From: a virus
Taxonomy: Duplodnaviria > Caudoviricetes
Strand: one strand, 5' to 3'
DNA length: 34,946 bases
IMG/VR virus record: IMGVR_UViG_3300037760_000125
Location: 1-34,946 of that record
The position numbers and the translations under genes were made by a program. Positions 9,002 through 16,430 of the stretch are shown here, in pieces. The notes below the pieces were generated by a model. That model searched no databases and was not told where the DNA came from. It was given only the letters and a program-made list of their open reading frames with translations. The first letter of the stretch is position 1. Each line of letters starts with the position of its first letter.

Positions 9002-9321
9002 GACATGCCCCGTTCGGTCAGGCGGCGCAACGCCGCGGCGCGGACGATCTTGTCGTTGGGGCTGAGCTGCCCGCTGCCGTGCCGGACGATCGCCCGGCGG
9101 ATGTCACGGACCACGTTTTTCGGGTCGCGGTGCGCCCGGCGGACGTACACCACGATCCGTGCGTGGTCGATGTGGCGGCGCTGCCAGAACCACCGGCGCG
9201 GGCGGGGCTCGTCGGTCACCTCCATCCCCGGGGGCCACAGGCCGACGCGGCGGCCCATCGCCGTGATCTGCTCGACAACGTCGACGAACTCGGGGTGTGT
9301 CATCTCCTGGATCGCTGCCAT
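8995..9321 (-). CDS. Hypothetical protein
   Basis: Strong AGGAGG RBS before ATG 9321 (MAAIQEM...); an upstream GTG at 9444 is possible. Confidence 0.65.
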   Translation of the reverse strand: MAAIQEMTHPEFVDVVEQITAMGRRVGLWPPGMEVTDEPRPRRWFWQRRHIDHARIVVYVRRAHRDPKNVVRDIRRAIVRHGSGQLSPNDKIVRAAALRRLTERGMSC

Positions 9322-9452
9322 CTTCGCCTCCTGGTCGTGGACGGCTTCGCTGGAGATCAACGGAGAGGCCCCTGTGTGGCCGTGTGCGGGCCTGGGGGTG
9401 GTCTCGGCGTGTTGGTGGACCCGGCAGTACCCGGAACGGCTCACAGGGGCAC

Positions 9453-9977
9453 CTACAGAGCCGGGGCCCACGCGTGCGCGGCGCAGACCGAGCCCGGGCC
9501 GCCGTCGGGTGGTGTGTCGAGCGTCGGAATCATCCGGCACGCCGGGCACGACCCGTAGCCGTGGTTCTCGCTGAGCGGCGGCATCCCGGTGCCGGGGCAG
9601 ACCGCGACGTGGGTGCCGACAGGCAGGTGGAAGGCGGCCATGGCCGCCCAGGCGTCGGCGTAGGAGTCGCCGTCGCGGATGACCAGCCCGAGCGCATGCG
9701 CCTCGTGGGGGTGGTCCTCCACCCAACCGTTGTGGCCGGCGCACAAGGTCACGAGGTTGTCGAGCGTCCAGTCCCAGCCATGCCACGCCTTGCGCAGATG
9801 ATGCGGGGTCAGCGGCCCGCTGCACCACCCGGCGGGCCCCTGGTGGCCACGGAGCACGCACCCGCCGTCACGCGCCAGGACAGCGTCGACGACCGGCTGG
9901 ACGCTGGCCCGCAGCCGGGCGCGCTTGTCGCTCGTCGACCGGAGACGGGTCTTGCGGCGGATCGGCGTGCGCTTCAC
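9453..9977 (-). CDS. HNH endonuclease family protein
   Basis: RDGGC...C...HH...NLVTLCAGHN; GTGA coupling at 9977. Confidence 0.8.
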   Translation of the reverse strand: MKRTPIRRKTRLRSTSDKRARLRASVQPVVDAVLARDGGCVLRGHQGPAGWCSGPLTPHHLRKAWHGWDWTLDNLVTLCAGHNGWVEDHPHEAHALGLVIRDGDSYADAWAAMAAFHLPVGTHVAVCPGTGMPPLSENHGYGSCPACRMIPTLDTPPDGGPGSVCAAHAWAPAL

Positions 9978-10108
9978 GGCTCGGCCCACACAGTCGGGCA
10001 CGGCGGCAACGGCTCGCTGGGCGGCCTCTCTGGCCACGTCAGCAGCATCGCCACGGCAAAGGCCAGAGCGACGAGCGGATACCAGATCGTCCACGGCGGG
10101 ACCTTCAC
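9974..10108 (-). CDS. Small membrane protein
   Basis: GTGA overlaps at both ends; single hydrophobic helix. Confidence 0.55.
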   Translation of the reverse strand: MKVPPWTIWYPLVALAFAVAMLLTWPERPPSEPLPPCPTVWAEP

Positions 10109-10782
10109 GGCCGCCACCGCCAGATTCGCTGGCCGCCCATCGCCGGCACCGGCTCGCACGAGCCGTGGCCCTCGCACGTCGGGCAGTCCTCGCACGAGCA
10201 GTCAGGGTCGTAGCAGGCGCCGCCGCCGTCGAGGTCGCGTACCCGGTCGCCCCAGCATGCGGGGCATCGGTCGGTCGTCGGGGCGATGTCCTCCAGGCGC
10301 CACGCCCACCGGCCCGGCTCCCAGTCACCGAACTCGCGCTGGTCCGAGATGTCCACGCTCAGTTCGCCGTCGGCGATGCCCGGCCGGTAGAACGCGAGCT
10401 GCTCGGGGCCGACGACCACGAAGCCATCGGGCCGGAGCGTCTCGGTCAACGTCTCGGTGCTAATCGGCCCCGGGCCGACCATGCGGACGCAGTCGACCAC
10501 GTTGACCGTGGCCACGATCGCCCCACGCGGGAGCCGCTCGCGCACGCTGGTCGGCATCGGACGCCGGTCGAACCCGAGCGCCGGCCACAGTGCGTCGTGG
10601 ATCGCCGGGAGCGCCACCAGCGCGGCTTCCTCCGGGCGCTCGACCTTCGCCGCGTGGATGCGGAGCGGGCCGCGGTAGCTGGTCCTCCAGCCGCGGGTCT
10701 CCCACCGCTTGGCGCCGCACGCCACCAGCGACGCCCACGGCTGCCACAGGGTGATCGCCGGGAACCCCTCGGTCTCACCCAC
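10105..10782 (-). CDS. ASCH domain protein with C-terminal Cys-rich Zn finger
   Basis: AITLWQPWASLVACGAKRWETRGWRTSYRGPLRIHAAK is the ASCH signature; CPACWG and CPTCEGHG. Confidence 0.85.
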   Translation of the reverse strand: MGETEGFPAITLWQPWASLVACGAKRWETRGWRTSYRGPLRIHAAKVERPEEAALVALPAIHDALWPALGFDRRPMPTSVRERLPRGAIVATVNVVDCVRMVGPGPISTETLTETLRPDGFVVVGPEQLAFYRPGIADGELSVDISDQREFGDWEPGRWAWRLEDIAPTTDRCPACWGDRVRDLDGGGACYDPDCSCEDCPTCEGHGSCEPVPAMGGQRIWRWRP

Positions 10783-10951
10783 GGTCGAGCACCTCGTTCG
10801 CGTGCTTCCACACGGTCGAGCCGTCGTCGAGCTGGACCTCGTAGCCCACCCTGCCGACGTGAACGACGACCGCGGGCACATCCGCTCGCTCGTGGTGGAT
10901 CGTGACCTCGTCGCCGATGGCCCGGGGGTAGCGCTCAGTCGCGGCGGTCAT
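10775..10951 (-). CDS. Small beta-barrel (SH3/KOW-like) hypothetical protein
   Basis: IGDEVTI...YEVQLDDG; TGATG coupling. Confidence 0.6.
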   Translation of the reverse strand: MTAATERYPRAIGDEVTIHHERADVPAVVVHVGRVGYEVQLDDGSTVWKHANEVLDRG

Positions 10952-11415
10952 CAGAACCCGCCGAACGGGTTGCCGCCGGGGCCCTCGGCCGCCGTGCGGT
11001 AGGCGTCGGAGCGCTCGACCGGGCGGGCCAGTTCGGCGACGCGGTCGGTGGCGACCCACCGCGAGTCACGGGTGACGACGTCGCCGTAAACGCCCGGGGG
11101 CAGCAGGCGGGCGAGGCCCTCGCGCTCCAGGCGGCGGGCGGCGAGCGCCTGGTGCTTGCACACCGTCCGGCCACCGGTCGACGCGGCGTGCAGGTGCCCG
11201 TCACGGATCTCGCCGTCGGGGACGCAGTCGAAGATCAGGGGGAGGCCGGGGCCGTCGGCGTGGACCCGGACCTTCCAGGACTTGCCGGTGTGGCCGAGCA
11301 GGTCCGACTTGACCCGGACGAACGAGCCCTTGTCGTCGTGGTCGAGGATGGCGTGGTGGCCTTCCTCGACGGCGCGTGCCTCAGCGGCGACGGTGCGATC
11401 GGTGGTGGTCTCCAT
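10951..11415 (-). CDS. SWIM-like Zn-finger protein
   Basis: Beta-strands followed by FDC...CKHQALA; ATG 7 nt after TACTGT. Confidence 0.6.
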   Translation of the reverse strand: METTTDRTVAAEARAVEEGHHAILDHDDKGSFVRVKSDLLGHTGKSWKVRVHADGPGLPLIFDCVPDGEIRDGHLHAASTGGRTVCKHQALAARRLEREGLARLLPPGVYGDVVTRDSRWVATDRVAELARPVERSDAYRTAAEGPGGNPFGGF

Positions 11416-11424
11416 GCACACGAC

Positions 11425-11450
11425 AGTAGCACGCTACCGTTTGGGTGCAA
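11425..11450 (-). promoter_or_regulatory. Promoter with palindrome
   Basis: Minus strand TTGCAC-16nt-TACTGT-7nt-ATG(11415); near-perfect palindrome AGTAGCACGCTACC at 11425-11438. Confidence 0.75.
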
Positions 11451-11453
11451 GCG

Positions 11454-11813
11454 CTAGGCCGTCGCCGACCGGCGAGCAGCCCCCGTACCGGGGGGGCGCC
11501 ACCGCTTCATCGGGTGCCCGCAGCACCAGGAGCCCCGGTCATAGCGGATCTCCACGACGCCCTCGTGTGCCGGATCAGCGACCGTCCAGCGGTCCGAGCG
11601 TCCCGGCACCGGGACTAGCTCCGCCTCGGCGACGACCAGAGCGAACGGCCGGTCGGTGGCAGCCGACCACGCCCACACGATCACGACCGTCGGCGCCCCG
11701 TCGGTGACGTCACCCTCAACGGTCAGGCCCGGGCCGGCCACCAAGTGGCAGGGCTTGCGTTCGCTGCCGTCCGGCATCGTGACCCGCACAGGCGCCCGAT
11801 GTTCGTGCTGCAT
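11454..11813 (-). CDS. Hypothetical protein
   Basis: MQHEHRAPV..., 119 aa; ATG 7 nt after TACGTT; the upstream in-frame extension is the repeat array. Confidence 0.7.
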   Translation of the reverse strand: MQHEHRAPVRVTMPDGSERKPCHLVAGPGLTVEGDVTDGAPTVVIVWAWSAATDRPFALVVAEAELVPVPGRSDRWTVADPAHEGVVEIRYDRGSWCCGHPMKRWRPPGTGAARRSATA

Positions 11814-11840
11814 AGGGCCGAACGTAGCCCTATGCAGCAC
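11805..11840 (-). terminator. Perfect 14-bp hairpin closing the repeat array
   Basis: GTGCTGCATAGGGC-8nt-GCCCTATGCAGCAC. Confidence 0.7.
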
Positions 11841-11841
11841 T

Positions 11842-12319
11842 TCACCGGGCCTGCCTAGCCACACCCGGCCACATCGCGCCACGCCTGACCTGGACGGGCC
11901 GAGCCCCGCCATGCCTGCCTCGCCATGCCCAACCGGGCCAAGCCTGGCCTTGCCGCCGCCGCGCCCAACCGTGCCTTGCCAAGCCTGCCGCGCCGCGCCT
12001 AGCCGTAACGCGCCCAACCTCAACGAGCCTGAACCTGCCGAGCCTGCCTCGCCGAACCACGCCTGGCCCAGACTTGCCTGGCATCGCCAAACCTGGCCTG
12101 CCGAGACGGGCCTTGCCTTGCCCGGCCAGAACCTGACCGGCCTCACCACGCCTGCCATGCCATGACTTGCCCAACCCAGCCCGACCCGGCCAGACCGTGC
12201 CCTGCCGTGCCTCACCACGCCTGCCGCGCCCAGCCCAACCTAGCCCCGCCTCACCGCGCCCGGCCTGGCCTAGCCACGCCTGCCTTGCCGTGCCGTGCGT
12301 TGCCGAGACTTGCCCCGCC
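11842..12319 (-). repeat. GGY-NN pentamer array punctuated by GGCA; candidate guide-RNA array (VIPR-like)
   Basis: Hand-parsed: 89 pentamers + 8 GGCA + 1 extra nt = 478 nt; + strand GCCTGCC punctuation at 11849, 11913, 11983, 12042, 12096, 12150, 12219 and 12278. Confidence 0.9.
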
Positions 12320-12744
12320 TAGGCGGAGAGCTGCTCGACGTCGTTCTTGACCATGGCCATGAACTCGCCGAGATCCTTGTACCGGCGTAGGAGCGTCTTC
12401 CACTCTCGCTCTGCGTCGCGGAGCAGCATCGCCCGCTTGAGCGGGTCCTCTGCGATGGCCTCGGCCGGCTCGTACACGCTCTCGTCGTCGGTACCACGCA
12501 CAGCGTGGAACGCCCGGATCGACTTCCCCGGGTCGGTGTCGGTCGCCTCCTTGTAGACGATCCTCACCGACCGGATCAGCTCGCGGGCCTGGTGCTTCCG
12601 CCACTTCTCGGAAGCGACCTCGTCGTCCCACTCGAACCGGTCGTGCAGCGGGTGATCGGCGGCGCGTGCCGCGTCGAGGACGATGGCAGGGGTGAGCTTG
12701 CCGTGCTCGGTGTAGATCGCTTGGAGCTGGTCGCGCAGGCTCAT
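12319..12744 (-). CDS. Accessory protein coupled to the RAMP-like gene
   Basis: ATGA overlap; GKLTPAIVLDAAR...HPLHDRFEWDD...ARELIRSV; the array starts within its stop codon. Confidence 0.85.
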   Translation of the reverse strand: MSLRDQLQAIYTEHGKLTPAIVLDAARAADHPLHDRFEWDDEVASEKWRKHQARELIRSVRIVYKEATDTDPGKSIRAFHAVRGTDDESVYEPAEAIAEDPLKRAMLLRDAEREWKTLLRRYKDLGEFMAMVKNDVEQLSA

Positions 12745-13367
12745 CGGTACACCTCGGGCATCACGTCGATCTCGCGGGTGATGTCGATGCGGTAGGACCC
12801 GAACTCGCCACCCTTCTCCGGGCGCCACTCACCGACGCCGACACCCATCCCGCCAGCGTCGATCAACGACAGGACGCTGTCACGGGTCAGCGACGATCGG
12901 ACGTACGTCACCGTGAGCACGGTCGCCCACTCGTGGTAGATCGGCCGGTACCGCAGATCGGTGCCGCCCTGCCCTACCCGGACGACGTCCTCGCGCATCT
13001 CGGCCTCGCCTTCGATCCGGGCCAGGGCCTGCCCGTCGACGCCGATCTTGCCCCGGAAGAACAGGAACTGCTTGAGCGCGGTCATCGTGACCTGCTTGCC
13101 GTAGAACCGGGCACCGCCGACCGTGGCCAGCTTGAACGCCACGACCGGCACGCCCGTGCCGCCGTCCTCGAACCGGTAGAACGCGCCCTCATAGTCCTCC
13201 TGGGGGTTCTTCGGTTGCTTCGGCGTCTTCCGGCCCTGCATGTTGTCGAGCATCTGGCGCTTGGCCTTCTCGCTGAACCGGTGCACGATCAGCGGCGTGG
13301 TGCCGATGATCGGCACCTGCACGGTCTCTGCGTCGATGCGTTGGATCTCTACGGGGGCGTCAGCCAT
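12741..13367 (-). CDS. Stand-alone Cas7/RAMP-like RNA-binding protein (Vipr-like)
   Basis: IIGTTPLIVH beta1, GVPVVAFK helix, RYRP...W, and C-terminal Gly-rich loop AGGMGVGVGEWRPEKGGEFGSY; AAGGAG RBS; 208 aa. Confidence 0.8.
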   Translation of the reverse strand: MADAPVEIQRIDAETVQVPIIGTTPLIVHRFSEKAKRQMLDNMQGRKTPKQPKNPQEDYEGAFYRFEDGGTGVPVVAFKLATVGGARFYGKQVTMTALKQFLFFRGKIGVDGQALARIEGEAEMREDVVRVGQGGTDLRYRPIYHEWATVLTVTYVRSSLTRDSVLSLIDAGGMGVGVGEWRPEKGGEFGSYRIDITREIDVMPEVYR

Positions 13368-13395
13368 GGTGGTCTCCTTGTGGTGGTCGGTAGAC

Positions 13396-13409
13396 GGTAG
13401 CACCCTACC
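13396..13409 (-). promoter_or_regulatory. Palindrome/promoter of the RAMP operon
   Basis: GGTAGCACCCTACC; minus-strand TACCGT -10 upstream of the RBS. Confidence 0.8.
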
Positions 13410-13420
13410 ATCACGATCGG

Positions 13421-14911
13421 TCAGGCCGCACGCGCCCCCGGCGTCCGCTTCGCCACCGCGGCTCCCGTAGGCAGAGACGGGACGACCTGCTCCGGGGTGA
13501 CACCACGCGACGGCGGCGCGGTGATCTCGGGCAACAAGAACGAGCACGCCCACACGAGAGCATCCATCCTGTCGGGTGACGTCTTGTCGGTCGGCACCCA
13601 CGTGCTCATCTGCTCTTCCAGTTCGGAGAAGTGCCCGATGTGGTGGGCGCGGCCCTGGTCGTAGACCATCGCGACCGGCTCGGCCCGGACGATCTTGCCT
13701 TTCGACGCGCGGACCTCGACGACGTTGACCATCGGGTCGACCTGGTGGATCGAGTCCACACCCATCGCCGCCCCGAAGTTGGTCTCTAACACGACGGCGT
13801 CGGCGCCGAACTCGTGGAACAGGGAGACGACCTTCGGGACCCACTCGGCCGGCCTCACCCGGCACGATGCGTCGCGGCGGATGTACACGTGGTGCATCGG
13901 CACGATCAGCCCCGACGCCAACAGCGTGGGGATGGACTCGGCCGACAGGGACACAACGACGATCCCGCACTCGTCGCCGCCGTCCGAGCCCGACGGGTCC
14001 ACGCCGATGACGGTGCGCCTGAACTCGGGGATCAGATCGATGTCGCGTATCGGGTTGAGGCGGTGCTGCTGGATCAGGTCGGGTGTCCACAGGGCGCCCT
14101 CGACGAAGTCCAAGACGATGCCGTGGATCTCCTGCAGAGCGACCCTGGTGCCCTCGTACTTGGCCAGCACGGCGGCGACGTACTCGGGTGCGAGGTTCGA
14201 TGCGTTGTCCAGCAGCGACCCGCGGATGACGTGGATCTTGCCGCCGAGCTTCCCGGTGGTGATGTCCCGGATCTGGGGGATGGGCTTCGGTGTGGTGGTC
14301 ACGATCCCGAGGGGCTGCATGCCCGGTGGGCACTCGGCGCGCAACGCGAAGTCGCAGTTCGTCCACGCCGTGTTGCCGACGCTGTCGATCTTGTGATCCC
14401 AGGAGGCCAGCTCATCTGCGGCCAGGGTGTGGAGGTTGCGGCCTCGCACCTTCTCCGGTTTGACCGCGGTGTGCACTTCGACTTCGGTGACATGCCGGTA
14501 GCCGGCCCTCGGGATGATCAGGCGGCCGTGCAATGCCGACCCGGCGTGCTCCAGCTCGTAGCCCCGCGCCTCGCAGACCTTCTCGATCCCCGATTCGCCG
14601 TGGATCTGGATAGACGACACGGCGTCATGGGTTTGGCCGATCAGGCCCATGAGGTGCGGCCAGCGGGCGTCGGCGAAGGCCTCGCACCGATCGACGAGCG
14701 CCTCGGACGCGCACCTGTTCTTCCCGAACCCGCGGCCCGTGATCCACGCCAGCCACCGCGCCGGCTCCGGAGGGGCGATCTGCTCGGGCCGCGCCAGGAA
14801 CCCATGCCAGTCCACCAGGAGCCGGGTGATCTCCCCTGGGGACAGCGACTCTATGAACGCCGCCTGCTCGTCAGCGGGTGCTTCTGCGAGCAGCTCGGCC
14901 GGACTCTTCAC
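13421..14911 (-). CDS. terL: Terminase large subunit
   Basis: GRGFGK Walker A, LAADE Walker B, TTTPKP coupling motif; nuclease IGVDPS and SPDRMDALVW. Confidence 0.95.
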   Translation of the reverse strand: MKSPAELLAEAPADEQAAFIESLSPGEITRLLVDWHGFLARPEQIAPPEPARWLAWITGRGFGKNRCASEALVDRCEAFADARWPHLMGLIGQTHDAVSSIQIHGESGIEKVCEARGYELEHAGSALHGRLIIPRAGYRHVTEVEVHTAVKPEKVRGRNLHTLAADELASWDHKIDSVGNTAWTNCDFALRAECPPGMQPLGIVTTTPKPIPQIRDITTGKLGGKIHVIRGSLLDNASNLAPEYVAAVLAKYEGTRVALQEIHGIVLDFVEGALWTPDLIQQHRLNPIRDIDLIPEFRRTVIGVDPSGSDGGDECGIVVVSLSAESIPTLLASGLIVPMHHVYIRRDASCRVRPAEWVPKVVSLFHEFGADAVVLETNFGAAMGVDSIHQVDPMVNVVEVRASKGKIVRAEPVAMVYDQGRAHHIGHFSELEEQMSTWVPTDKTSPDRMDALVWACSFLLPEITAPPSRGVTPEQVVPSLPTGAAVAKRTPGARAA

Positions 14912-14920
14912 CAGGCGAAT

Positions 14921-14934
14921 GGTAGGGGGCTACC
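14921..14934 (-). promoter_or_regulatory. Palindrome/-10 upstream of terL
   Basis: GGTAGGGGGCTACC; TACCAT-7nt-GTG(14911). Confidence 0.75.
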
Positions 14935-15010
14935 CGTACGCGACACCGCCCCCGAGGCGGGCGCTACGGAGGCGGCGTCTGCAGGGCGGATCTGCTCGGC
15001 AGCGACGGTA

Positions 15011-15454
15011 TCAGGCCGCCGTGGCGTACTCGGCGAGGTACACCCCGAGCGCGGTGCGGGCCAAGTCGTAGCGGACGACCCCACCGACCGGGCCGATCGG
15101 GAAGTCGTCGACCCGCAGGGTCCGCTGGTAGCTGACCACCCCGGCGGGGCTGAGCACAGCGAACCCGGTCATCGGGGGCCGAGGGCCTCCCATCGCCGCT
15201 GCGACAGCATGGGGCCACGACCCGAACCGGCCGCCCGGGTGGGCTTCGGCCAGCCTTGCTGCGACGTCGAGGCGGCGCAGCGTGTCGACCGTGAACCGGC
15301 GGCGGCTGCCCGACCCGGCGGCCATACCCGGCAGCTTGCCCAGGTGGTCGACGGTCCGGATGGCGTGATCGAGCTGCCGGTAGGAGATGTCGAGCAGGAC
15401 GGCGACGGTGCGGGAGTCGAGTCCTGCGACGACGTCGTCGGTCATCGTCAACAT
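15011..15454 (-). CDS. MerR-family HTH regulator
   Basis: ISYRQLDHAIRT...AAGSGSRRRFTVDTLRRL; start may be 15445. Confidence 0.75.
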   Translation of the reverse strand: MLTMTDDVVAGLDSRTVAVLLDISYRQLDHAIRTVDHLGKLPGMAAGSGSRRRFTVDTLRRLDVAARLAEAHPGGRFGSWPHAVAAAMGGPRPPMTGFAVLSPAGVVSYQRTLRVDDFPIGPVGGVVRYDLARTALGVYLAEYATAA

Positions 15455-15456
15455 GG

Positions 15457-15470
15457 GGTAGCACACTACC
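15457..15470 (-). promoter_or_regulatory. GGTAG-N4-CTACC palindrome
   Basis: GGTAGCACACTACC immediately upstream of the MerR-like gene. Confidence 0.75.
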
Positions 15471-15681
15471 ATCGCGGCCTTTCCGAGAGAACCCCTGCGA
15501 CCAGCACATACCCGCAGGGGCACCACCTAACGACCGTCGCCCTGGTCTCTCCGTAGCCGCCGTGCCGCAGTATCGCGGCCTGTTCGGTCGTCTCGGTCTT
15601 GACGGGCCCGTCGCAGTCGGGACAGCACCCGGCGGGCCTCGTCGTCGGCAGCCGGTCGGGTAGCGGGACGCCATCGGCCAC
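15466..15681 (-). CDS. Small Zn-ribbon protein
   Basis: CPDCDG...WCPCGY. Confidence 0.65.
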   Translation of the reverse strand: MADGVPLPDRLPTTRPAGCCPDCDGPVKTETTEQAAILRHGGYGETRATVVRWCPCGYVLVAGVLSERPRW

Positions 15682-15693
15682 GGTGGATGATCC

Positions 15694-16242
15694 TCATGTC
15701 TCGGTCGACTCCACATCGATCGGCGCCGCCGGCAACGCCCCGGCAAGGTCTTCGCTGCGCTGGTGCAGCTTCCCCAGGAACGTGCGGAGCTGCTCGGCCG
15801 GGTCCGGACCGCCGGCCCCGCCGACGATCGTGGTCTGGTTGATCTCGACCAGCGGCGTCCCGAACGCCAGGCGCAGCAGCCGGTCAGCCGCACGCACCCG
15901 CGCCCCCGACGTCGCCCGGGGGTTGTCCCGGATCGCGGCGAGCACCTCGACCGAGCGCATCGCCTCGTCGCCGATCTTTGACGTCACCGCGCGCAGCAGG
16001 TCCGTGCGCTCGTCCTCCACCCGGGCACGGAACGCAGGGTCTGCCAGGCGCCGGTCGATCGTCGTCTTGTGGCACCCGACCAGCTCGGCCGTCTTCACGA
16101 GGGTGTTCCCGGCGAGCAGGTAGAAGATGATCAGAGCGTCGAGCGACTCGCTGCGCGGCTGCCGCTCGGCGATCTCGGTGGTCTCGGTCGGCGGGGGGCC
16201 CGGTGGTCGTGGCCGCCGCTTCCGGTTCGGTTGGTAGGCCAT
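15694..16242 (-). CDS. Putative terminase small subunit (HTH)
   Basis: GNTLVKTAELVGCHKTTIDRRLADPAF HTH followed by helices (ARVRAADRLL); two genes upstream of terL. Confidence 0.65.
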   Translation of the reverse strand: MAYQPNRKRRPRPPGPPPTETTEIAERQPRSESLDALIIFYLLAGNTLVKTAELVGCHKTTIDRRLADPAFRARVEDERTDLLRAVTSKIGDEAMRSVEVLAAIRDNPRATSGARVRAADRLLRLAFGTPLVEINQTTIVGGAGGPDPAEQLRTFLGKLHQRSEDLAGALPAAPIDVESTET

Positions 16243-16243
16243 C

Positions 16244-16257
16244 GGTAGCAGGCTACT
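16244..16257 (-). promoter_or_regulatory. Near-perfect palindrome/-10
   Basis: GGTAGCAGGCTACT; minus-strand TAGCCT-7nt-ATG(16242). Confidence 0.65.
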
Positions 16258-16377
16258 GGCCGGACGCGAACCGCCCCCGGCAGCCGAGCGGAGGGGGAGG
16301 TGCTCGGTACCGGGGGCGGCGCTTCCGCTGGCCACCGGAAGACCACCACGTCAGACGGTGGCCAGCGGGGAGCGGGG

Positions 16378-16421
16378 GTGGGCTGCTGACCTCCCCGGCG
16401 GGGAAGAGGTCAGCAGCCCAC
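16378..16421 (-). terminator. 16-bp perfect stem-loop after the helicase
   Basis: GTGGGCTGCTGACCTC ... GAGGTCAGCAGCCCAC. Confidence 0.75.
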
Positions 16422-16430
16422 GATTGGTGC

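Noticed and set aside
11814-12218. N-terminal extension of ORF 11454..12218 and ORFs 11656..12165, 11842..12174, 12162..12350
   Set aside because: Low-complexity G/R/A/W or P/C/A translations of the pentamer array; a 5-nt period is incompatible with codon structure
12226-12250. Unit 1 NN string (GG TA TG TG GC) as self-targeting the GGTAGTGTGC operator
   Set aside because: Resemblance is partial and fits neither a contiguous nor a constant-gap register
11842-12319. Classical CRISPR array or simple microsatellite
   Set aside because: No 25-45 bp identical repeats with unique spacers and no cas1/cas2; variability is confined to two of five positions with regular punctuation, unlike slippage repeats
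13368-14366. 541-aa version of the RAMP ORF
   Set aside because: Extension overlaps terL in another frame and is Arg-rich junk; the real start at 13367 has an RBS and promoter
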